Shown: one piece after another, positions 24,411-31,799 of the stretch | How positions within the stretch are numbered: the stretch's first letter is position 1 | Layout: every line of letters begins with the position of its first letter | Assembly: GCA_028713935.1 (NCBI GenBank) | Contig: JAQTNI010000009.1 | Coordinates: 1 to 32,000 of the forward strand | Length of the DNA: 32,000 nucleotides | Origin: Candidatus Iainarchaeum sp. | Lineage (GTDB): Archaea > Iainarchaeota > Iainarchaeia > Iainarchaeales > GCA-2688035 | Direction: 5' to 3' | Made by a program: the position numbers and the translations under genes | Notes under the pieces: generated by a model | The model's input: the letters and a program-made list of their open reading frames with translations, nothing else | What the model was told of the DNA's origin: nothing | Databases searched by the model: none

Positions 24411-24445
24411 GCCAATGTTTTTTTGGGCAGTTTTAGAAACCAAAG

Positions 24446-25066
24446 TCAATTGTATGCCCAGAGTTCAATTGTTGCTGTTCCGCTGTAGCCAGCCCCTTCA
24501 TAATAAACTATTCTTTTTTGCGCAATTACTTTTTTTGCGTATGCGCTCGGGGTTACGCCTGTTTCCATTTCTGTTTCCGAACCGCGTATTTTTTCCTTAA
24601 TCAATTTTTTTTCCGATGCATTATTAGGGCTAAAATAATAAATCTGGAAATAATAATTCATGTCTCCCAGGAGCAATAATTTTGCCTTTGTTTTTTCATA
24701 ATCGCCAAAGCAGTTTGCCTCGCAATCAGGCCAGATTTTTCCATATTCCACAAATTTTGCAAGCTTGTTTGAGTCTATTGCCCTGTCTCTTTTTGCAAGG
24801 CCAATGAACAGCACATTGTCAATGCTTGGGGCAAATTGCCAGTCTGTTCCGCCGTTTATTTTTTCGCCTGGGCTTTTTACAATAAAATTCAGTGTTCTTG
24901 CGCTCGTTGCAGCCATTTCATAGTCTTTCAGCTGGTTTTCTGCAAAAGAATTCTGGTTTTCCCAGATTGTAACCGCAATTGCAAGCACTGCGAGAAAAAT
25001 TGTTGTTCCAATGACTATGTCAAGGGAAACAGCCTGTGCTTTTTTGTCACTGCCCAGTGAATACAA
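24446..25066 (-). CDS. Prepilin-like protein (~206 aa)
   Basis: ...GSDKKA|QAVSLDIVIGTTIFLAVLAIAVTIW. The ORF runs to a GTG at 25075, but AGGTGG (25072-25077) followed by in-frame TTGs at 25069 and 25066 mimics the SD+TTG arrangement of the preceding gene. It overlaps the upstream gene's end. Confidence 0.7.
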   Translation of the reverse strand: MYSLGSDKKAQAVSLDIVIGTTIFLAVLAIAVTIWENQNSFAENQLKDYEMAATSARTLNFIVKSPGEKINGGTDWQFAPSIDNVLFIGLAKRDRAIDSNKLAKFVEYGKIWPDCEANCFGDYEKTKAKLLLLGDMNYYFQIYYFSPNNASEKKLIKEKIRGSETEMETGVTPSAYAKKVIAQKRIVYYEGAGYSGTATIELWAYN

Positions 25067-25457
25067 CAAAACCACCTTTTTTTGACAATTTATAGTTTCT
25101 AACTGTTAAAGAAATTCCACTTGCGTTTGTGTCCCCATGATCCTGATCAATCTGTGCGTTTCCAAAATAATGGCACGAATAAAGCCCCACTGTTATCTGC
25201 CCAGGATTTCCTATGATTTTTTGGATTGCGACATTTTCTCTTGCAACAAAAATATTTTTTTCCGCTATTCCCTGGCTTGAATAAATTTCTGAAATCGCAT
25301 CTGCTATTTTGTTGCATTCAATGCCGTCTGAATTTATGCCTGTTATAAAATTGGTTTGAACTGTTTGCTGCGCATAAGCAGTTACTCCAATCAAGAGCAA
25401 TGTCATTGCAACAAGCGCAGCAATGAGGAATTCAAAAGAAACCTGGGCTTTTTTCAA
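25047..25457 (-). CDS. Prepilin-like protein (136 aa)
   Basis: (M)KKA|QVSFEFLIAALVAMTLLLIGVTAYA. TTG start at 25455-25457, preceded by TAAGGTGGAACC (SD AGGTGG at 25462-25467, spacer 4 nt). Confidence 0.75.
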   Translation of the reverse strand: MKKAQVSFEFLIAALVAMTLLLIGVTAYAQQTVQTNFITGINSDGIECNKIADAISEIYSSQGIAEKNIFVARENVAIQKIIGNPGQITVGLYSCHYFGNAQIDQDHGDTNASGISLTVRNYKLSKKGGFVVFTGQ

Positions 25458-25466
25458 GGTTCCACC

Positions 25467-25994
25467 TTACTTTTCCAGCCGGATTAATTTCCTGTCAGTC
25501 CAGCTTACTTTAATTTTGTACCTGAAATTGTTTATCAAAATCGCAGTGTCAGTCCCGTCAGGTATTATAAGCCTTGCTTTTGTGGGATAAAGCAATTCGT
25601 TTCCAGAAATTTCAATTACTTTTACTGCGCTTGATTTTATGCAGTCATCCCCATTAGAGCACTGCTTGCCTGCGCCGCTGCAATTGCAGTTTGCTCCCTG
25701 TGCTCCATCACAGCCAATCATTTCCGCGTTTGTTTTGCAGAGGCTGTAGATGCTTATGCCTGTCACTTCGCCTGGCCAGCTTACTTCTGCAAATTGGACA
25801 TTGCCCGGGCCCATTGCATAAACAAGGTTTATTGTTTGTACAAGATTGTCAAGGCTTTCGCCTGCCTGTTGTGTGCTAATGTTCTGGCTTGTTGTTGCAA
25901 GTGAAGCGCTGAACAGGACAATGACTATTACCATTGCAAAAACGCTTACCATCAGGTATTCCATTGAAGCCTGCGCGGTTTTTTCTACTTTCAT
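25467..25994 (-). CDS. Prepilin-like protein (175 aa)
   Basis: MKVEKTA|QASMEYLMVSVFAMVIVIVLFSASLA, with Q at +1 and E at +5. ATG at 25992-25994 with GGTG just upstream. Internal Cys cluster CDGAQGANCNCSGAGKQCSNGDDC. Confidence 0.75.
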   Translation of the reverse strand: MKVEKTAQASMEYLMVSVFAMVIVIVLFSASLATTSQNISTQQAGESLDNLVQTINLVYAMGPGNVQFAEVSWPGEVTGISIYSLCKTNAEMIGCDGAQGANCNCSGAGKQCSNGDDCIKSSAVKVIEISGNELLYPTKARLIIPDGTDTAILINNFRYKIKVSWTDRKLIRLEK

Positions 25995-26059
25995 AGCACC
26001 AAAAATAATAAGGGAATTCTAATATTTAATTTAATCCATTGCTGTTACAGCCAAGAGTT

Positions 26060-29000
26060 TTAGCTGCAATTGCCGCTGTTCCAGGTTTTGCCTGCAAGAA
26101 CACAAATTTTGTCTGCTGTCAAGGCTTTTTTCCAGATTGAAACATCGTCAATCAAACCAGCAAAATGACCCGGTTCATCCTGCCAGCCAAAACCAATATA
26201 CGCCGCATGCAAATCGCTTGCATCAGAATAATCATGTAAAATCAGGGCAGGATTACTGGATTCGCCAGCCAGGCTTCCATCAATATAATACTTCCAGCCA
26301 ACGCCGCTTTCAAAAACAAAAGCAACCTGATGCCACTCATTTTCGGCAATTGTTCCAGTGGAAGTAGGCCAAGAATTAGACTGGTTGCTTCCGTTCCGAA
26401 CCATTGAAACCAAATGGCCAAAAGAATAAGAAGAAGAACTGCCGGCACTGAAATAATCAAATCCGCCTAAATGTTGGGTTACAATATTTATCTGATTCAC
26501 GTAATCCGGTTTAACCCAGGCAACAACAGTAGTAGAACTGTTCTCGCCGCCATACGTTGAAAGAGCACTCAAAGAACTGTCAAAACGAATATGGTCAGGG
26601 CCAGAAACACCACCGCGGAAAGAAAAAGCACCACTACCGTTGTGGCCTCCAGTTGCCTGACAAGTCGCTCCCACAACTGTTCCGTTACGATGATTTCCGG
26701 ACTGGTCCCAGGCATTGCAATGGTCAAAACTCCAATAAGCAACCAAGTCAGGGTCGCAATCGTTTGGGCAACTGGTAAAACTTTCCCCGCCAGCATTTTC
26801 ACAAATGCCATTATTGTTGCAAGAAGGGAGTCCATAAGAATGGCTACTCCAATCTAAAGGGCCAGTATTATCAGCAACCTCTACTCCATCAGAAAAACCG
26901 TCAAAATCAGAATCCGGATTAGTCGGGTCAGTACCGCGGGCAAACTCCTGCGAATTGATAAGGCTATCATTATCAGGGTCGCCAAGGCCATTCTGCGAAG
27001 TAATATTCCCAAAATACTGCACTTCCCAATCATCCCGCAAACCATCCCCATCTGCATCCAAACCCTCAGTAGTAAAGGAATCGACAGAACCCCAAAGAAT
27101 CTCATTCAAAATATCGGCAGCCCGATTTGAAGAACGGATGCGGAAATTATAATCAGTATTCGGATTCAAACCAGAAAGCGTTATGCTATGAAAAGTCGTA
27201 AAAGAAGGGTCACCTATGATCCCATCTGGGCCACTAAAATAGGTAGTAGGATGTGTCTCATGATAGGGATTGTACCACCAAGAACCATTGCTTGTGTAAG
27301 CAACCTCGCTATCAGAAGGCAAATTAGTCTCCCACTGAATCGTAAAAGAAGTGCCAGTAACTGGTATTATCTGAATATTTGTCGGAGCCCTAAACCAGCC
27401 ATTCTGTGCATCAACTGGCCAAGCAGTGTCAAGATTTGATGAATACGAAGCTTTCCTCTGATCATAAAGAGGCTTAAAATAACTCAGCCAAGCACCAGAA
27501 CGGCTAAATTGTGCACTATTAAGATTCTGCGCCAAAACACGGAACATTTCTTTTGTGGAAATAGCAGCACGCGCACTACTAACGCGAATATTTGAGCCAA
27601 TTGCCTGGGACATTCCATATCCTGAAACAAAAAATCTAAAATAAGGGTTATTAGGGCTCTCTACTTCAGCCATGGGCCCGGTTTCTCCTGTAAGCGTGTA
27701 ATCAACATACGCATCAATCATGACTGCCCTTCGGCCAGTATAAGCCAAATAAGCATCCCAGGCATCAACAGAATCATGATGATAAATAATTCCGTTATCA
27801 CCAATATCTGTGCGGACTTGGCGAATAAAATTATAATCCTGTTGCAAATCCCCTGCATCCGCATTGTCAAAATACCAGCCATCAAAATTATTTTCTTCCT
27901 GGAATTCTTTCATCCAAGACAAGGTTACCTGGATATCCTGCTGGTTCCACCAGTATATGGATGGCGCAGACATATAAGTAATGACTTTGAAATTGTGTGC
28001 ATGGGCAAAAGAAACAAAATCCTGCAATAACTGTTTGTCAATGTCCCGGATTTTATACCCCATAATGCCAGAAGGCAAAAGCACCGGGACTTCCCCTATT
28101 TTACCGGGAGTGTTTTCATATGCAACGCTTGCCCAAAGCAAAAAAACTCCAAAACCGTCGTTAACATAATTGTCCACATTTGTCCCGGACATCAGATTAG
28201 TCAAGTCATCAGGGGTGTATAAGAAATGAACAAAAGGCTTTGAGCTTGCCCCATATAATTTTTCAAAATCAAATTTTTTTGGGGGAAAAACCATGTTTCC
28301 CATTGAACTGCCGGCTCCCAAAGAAATGCTTGTAGAATCTGTTGTTTCATTTGAAACAACTGGGTTTCCCTGCATTTTTGCATGCAAAGAACCGCCATAC
28401 CCGTCTGTCCAAATTCTGTCTGTTCCTGTTCCTTTGTTCCAGGGCGCAGCAGCAACCAAATTGTTGTAGGTGTAGGCGAATGGCTCTTTGGCTTCAATAA
28501 TGAAAAAAGAATCCGAATTGAAAACAAAGCGTGCTTTGTCGCTTTGCACAATTGCCTGTATTGTTGTTGCGGATTCAACAGTTAAATTTGAAATTGTGTT
28601 TTCAAAAGAGATTTCTGCAACTTTTCTGGGGGTTTCTGTGTCATTATTGGTTGCGGGGTCAATGCGGCGCCATAATTCAATTCCGTCTTGTTTTATAATG
28701 TACAAGGCGCCTGTGGTTGTAATTTCAATTTGATCTTCGTCTTGAAAAGCAGAAAAGATGCTCATGCCAAAAAACCCGTTGCCAGTGCAGTCCAGTGGGC
28801 AGTTGCTTGCTGTTTCGCCTGCCTCGCATGTTCCGTTGTTGTTGCAAACGGCTTGTCCTGTGCATTGGCAGTTTGTGCAGGTAAATCCTGCTTGGCATTG
28901 CGCTTGCCCTGTCCCGTCGCATTGTTCTGTTTGGCCTTCGCTGTTTGGGTCGGTTATAATATTGTCTCCGCAATAGGTTGTGCAGTCTGTTGGGCAAGTG

Positions 29001-29512
29001 GCATTGGTTTCTCCTGTTTCGCATGTTCCGTTTCCACAGTTGCTTGTTGTTTGGCAGTCAGTGTCGTTTAAAGGAGTGCAGGTTGCTGGGCAGCAGTTGT
29101 CTCCGTTTGTGCAGGTTGTTATGTCTGTGTAGGTGCAGGTTTGGCTTGTGCAGGTTGCTGTTTTGCAGTTTTGTGATGTGCAGTCTGCTTCTGTTGTACA
29201 ACTTGTTCCTGTGTTTGTTTTGTTGAGGCAGTCTGGTGTTATTAGTATTGCTGTTGTTCCTGTGCATTTGTTTGCTGCGAATGACCATTCGCAGTCTGAG
29301 TATTGGCAGTTTCCTGTTCCATCCGGGTCGTTTCCTGCTTGGCCACATTGTGTGGATGAGAATTTTGCGCAGATTGTGTTCAGGACTTCTATTTGTGTGC
29401 TGTTGATATTTGTGCCGCTGGCATTGAAGAGTATTACAATTGCCAGTGCTGCCACTATTACTGCCCCGCCAATTATCAGCAGGTATTCCAAACTGCTTTG
29501 CGCGTTGTTCAA
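26060..29512 (-). CDS. Giant prepilin-like multidomain surface protein (1150 aa): Cys-rich modules, TIM-barrel-like region, FN3, TSP3-like Ca-binding repeats, LamG
   Basis: (M)NNA|QSSLEYLLIIGGAVIVAALAIVILF. TTG start at 29510-29512 with CGGTG 5 nt upstream. Three C-[GN]-N-[GN]-x-C-E-x-G-E-x4-C-P-x-D-C modules. FN3-like aa ~708-815 (TSFTIQWETN...LSGLNPNTDYNFRIRS). DADGDGLRDDWEVQYFGN...DPDNDSLINSQEFARGTDPTNPDSDFDG. LamG_3-like aa ~922-1135 (LVAYWSFD...WHQVAFVF...YIDGSLAG...FAGLIDDVSIWKKALTADKI). Confidence 0.85.
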   Translation of the reverse strand: MNNAQSSLEYLLIIGGAVIVAALAIVILFNASGTNINSTQIEVLNTICAKFSSTQCGQAGNDPDGTGNCQYSDCEWSFAANKCTGTTAILITPDCLNKTNTGTSCTTEADCTSQNCKTATCTSQTCTYTDITTCTNGDNCCPATCTPLNDTDCQTTSNCGNGTCETGETNATCPTDCTTYCGDNIITDPNSEGQTEQCDGTGQAQCQAGFTCTNCQCTGQAVCNNNGTCEAGETASNCPLDCTGNGFFGMSIFSAFQDEDQIEITTTGALYIIKQDGIELWRRIDPATNNDTETPRKVAEISFENTISNLTVESATTIQAIVQSDKARFVFNSDSFFIIEAKEPFAYTYNNLVAAAPWNKGTGTDRIWTDGYGGSLHAKMQGNPVVSNETTDSTSISLGAGSSMGNMVFPPKKFDFEKLYGASSKPFVHFLYTPDDLTNLMSGTNVDNYVNDGFGVFLLWASVAYENTPGKIGEVPVLLPSGIMGYKIRDIDKQLLQDFVSFAHAHNFKVITYMSAPSIYWWNQQDIQVTLSWMKEFQEENNFDGWYFDNADAGDLQQDYNFIRQVRTDIGDNGIIYHHDSVDAWDAYLAYTGRRAVMIDAYVDYTLTGETGPMAEVESPNNPYFRFFVSGYGMSQAIGSNIRVSSARAAISTKEMFRVLAQNLNSAQFSRSGAWLSYFKPLYDQRKASYSSNLDTAWPVDAQNGWFRAPTNIQIIPVTGTSFTIQWETNLPSDSEVAYTSNGSWWYNPYHETHPTTYFSGPDGIIGDPSFTTFHSITLSGLNPNTDYNFRIRSSNRAADILNEILWGSVDSFTTEGLDADGDGLRDDWEVQYFGNITSQNGLGDPDNDSLINSQEFARGTDPTNPDSDFDGFSDGVEVADNTGPLDWSSHSYGLPSCNNNGICENAGGESFTSCPNDCDPDLVAYWSFDHCNAWDQSGNHRNGTVVGATCQATGGHNGSGAFSFRGGVSGPDHIRFDSSLSALSTYGGENSSTTVVAWVKPDYVNQINIVTQHLGGFDYFSAGSSSSYSFGHLVSMVRNGSNQSNSWPTSTGTIAENEWHQVAFVFESGVGWKYYIDGSLAGESSNPALILHDYSDASDLHAAYIGFGWQDEPGHFAGLIDDVSIWKKALTADKICVLAGKTWNSGNCS

Positions 29513-29601
29513 AAAAACACCGTTTTTATTGTGCTAGAAGCATACCAAATATGTTTTTTGTATTTTTAAGGCTGCCGAACAATTTTTTTGGCTTGCACAG
29601 T

Positions 29602-30933
29602 TCAGAGTTCAATTGCCTGGGTTTCTTTTGGAATCAGAATTTCTTTTTTCAGTTTTTTTTCAAGTGTTTTTTTGAATTCGGGGAGCTTTTCTTTTTCGCC
29701 GTGAATCAAAAAGGTTTTCTGTGCCTTTATTGCAAATGCAAAATTCAGCAGTCCATTGTAATCCGCATGCCCTGAAAACCTTATCCTGCAGGTTTCGCAC
29801 TGTACAAAAATTTTTTTTCCGCTTAATTCAATTGTTTTTTTTCCTTCCAAAAGCTCTCTTCCAAGGGAGCCTTCTGCCTGGTAGCCAACAAGAATAACAC
29901 AATTTTTTTTGTCCCCAGCAAGCTTTTTGAGGTATTGCCTGCTTGGCCCGCCAGTAAGCATTCCAGAGGTTGCAATTATAACTGCTTTTTTTGAATTAAA
30001 AACCTCTTTTTTTGTTTTGCTCACAGGCTGCCTGAAAAAAGGGCTTTTGAAAGCATCATCATCAGCCAGCAAAATCCTGTTTGAAATTTCAGGCCGCATA
30101 AAAATCACGTTGTGCCTGCAAATCCTGTTTGCCTTGTTAATCATTCCGTCAAGCCAGATATCCATTTCAGGCAGGTAGCCGCTCCTTATGTAATTGTCAA
30201 TTGTGAACATTACTTCCTGCCCTCTTCCAACAGCAAAGCTCGGAATCAGTATTTTTCCGTTTCTCTTCAAAACCTGCCTTATTTTGTCGGCGAGATCCTT
30301 GCTTGCTTTCTGCATTGAAGGCAGAATATCCTGTTTTCCTGCATAAGTGCATTCCATAACCAAAAAATCAATTTTTTCTTTCGGCAATTCAGCAGGCAAA
30401 AGCAAATTGCTTTCCCTGGTGTTTATATCCCCGGAATACAATAATTTTTTTCCGTCAAACTCGATTATTATTTCTGCACTGCCGATTATATGCCCTGCAT
30501 TCAAAAATTTTATTTTAATCTGTGAATCGTGGAACAATTGTTTTTCCTCGTTGTAATTGATTGCAACAGTCTGCTTCATTGTCTTGTCAATTTCCTTTGT
30601 GCCATAAAAATCCGCCTTGTTTTCCTTTGCAATTTTTGCGGAATCACTCAAAAGCAAATGCATTATGTCCCTTGTAGGGGGGGTTGCAAAAATTTTTCCC
30701 TCAAAGCCCTGTTTAACCAAAAAAGGCAGGTATCCGCAGTGGTCAATGTGCGCATGGGAAATTATTATTGCATCAATTTTTTTTGCAAGTTCCTTTGGAA
30801 TATTCGGAAGTTCGGGATTTCCCTTTCCAACTTTTATGCCTGCATCAACCAAAATTTTTTTGTTTTTTGCCTCAAGCAGCATTGCATTCCTGCCGACTTC
30901 ATTGCAGGCGCCAAAAAAAGTTATTTTTGCCAT
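29602..30933 (-). CDS. Metallo-beta-lactamase / beta-CASP family RNA-metabolising nuclease (aCPSF2/RNase J-like)
   Basis: 443 aa. ITFFGACNEVGRNAMLLE, ILVDAG, IIISHAHIDHCGYLP (HxHxDH), NAGHIIGSA, YSGD, and C-terminal FSGHADYNGLL. Motif order is that of beta-CASP nucleases, without KH domains. Confidence 0.88.
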   Translation of the reverse strand: MAKITFFGACNEVGRNAMLLEAKNKKILVDAGIKVGKGNPELPNIPKELAKKIDAIIISHAHIDHCGYLPFLVKQGFEGKIFATPPTRDIMHLLLSDSAKIAKENKADFYGTKEIDKTMKQTVAINYNEEKQLFHDSQIKIKFLNAGHIIGSAEIIIEFDGKKLLYSGDINTRESNLLLPAELPKEKIDFLVMECTYAGKQDILPSMQKASKDLADKIRQVLKRNGKILIPSFAVGRGQEVMFTIDNYIRSGYLPEMDIWLDGMINKANRICRHNVIFMRPEISNRILLADDDAFKSPFFRQPVSKTKKEVFNSKKAVIIATSGMLTGGPSRQYLKKLAGDKKNCVILVGYQAEGSLGRELLEGKKTIELSGKKIFVQCETCRIRFSGHADYNGLLNFAFAIKAQKTFLIHGEKEKLPEFKKTLEKKLKKEILIPKETQAIEL

Positions 30934-31031
30934 TGCACAAAAATAAAGAACAATTTTCCTTAAAAAACGCTTGTTTTAAAAAAATCCCAAAAAGTTAAAA
31001 ATAAAAACTTCAAATTCCAGATTATACCTAT

Positions 31032-31733
31032 ATGTTTTGTGGAAAACCAAGTGCGCAGGCTGGTCTTGAGTATTTAATGACTTATGGCTGGGCATTGGTT
31101 TTGATTGTGACTGTTGCGAGTGCTTTGTTTTTTGTTATGGGCACTCCGCAGAATCAGTTTGTTTGTTCTAGCAGTGACCCTACAAAGATTTTGCTGGAAA
31201 GTTATAACCTGCCCTATTCGCCGAATTTTTCTGCAGGGGGCTCTGTGCCTCCAGAGTCAAGCTGTTATCCTGCTTCCGCTAGCAAGTGTGAAGTCTGGGG
31301 GAACCCATGGGCATCAACCCCGGATATTCCGGGAAAAATGGTTTTAAGGAATGCAACCGGAGGGGAAATAAAAATAATAAGCCTTGTTCCTTGGTCTGGC
31401 TCAGACGCTATAACAATGCCTGGTTGCACTTATTTCTGGTGTTTTTTAGGCGGTGCAAATCCTTGCGCTGTGGAAGCTTCGGCTTTGTATGCTACTTTTA
31501 ATGGCATAAAAATAAATTTGATAATCCCAACTGCCCCTTTGAGTGTTTCAGGAGGCCGGAGCATTGTTATTGATAATCTTGTCTTAAGCAAAAGAGCCCG
31601 CCCAGGCACAACTTGTGACCCGCAAAATTTTTCTTTTCCACAAAACCCTTCTTTTGTTATAACTTATCTTGACAGGTCTGGTTACCAAAAAGATGTCACC
31701 ATTACTTGCAAGGGCTATCCTTCAAAAACCTGA
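31032..31733 (+). CDS. Archaeal class III signal-peptide pilin paralog (233 aa)
   Basis: MFCGKPSA|QAGLEYLMTYGWALVLIVTVASALFFVMGTPQNQFVCSSSDPTK is near-identical in its N-terminal ~45 aa to the 9916 gene. TATA-like ttaaaaataaaaac lies ~25-35 nt upstream of the ATG, so the mRNA looks leaderless. Confidence 0.85.
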   Translation: MFCGKPSAQAGLEYLMTYGWALVLIVTVASALFFVMGTPQNQFVCSSSDPTKILLESYNLPYSPNFSAGGSVPPESSCYPASASKCEVWGNPWASTPDIPGKMVLRNATGGEIKIISLVPWSGSDAITMPGCTYFWCFLGGANPCAVEASALYATFNGIKINLIIPTAPLSVSGGRSIVIDNLVLSKRARPGTTCDPQNFSFPQNPSFVITYLDRSGYQKDVTITCKGYPSKT

Positions 31734-31799
31734 TTTGCTGAATCTGATTTTCCTGCGAAAAAGCATAATTTTAAAGCCAGTTTTTTGCCAATTATTCTA

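Noticed and set aside
19904-29512. Diversity-generating retroelement targeting the LamG/lectin-like adhesins (common in DPANN/CPR)
   Set aside because: There is no reverse transcriptase gene in the window, and I could not spot a template/variable repeat pair differing mainly at adenines by eye. It cannot be excluded without a nucleotide self-alignment and the flanking genome.
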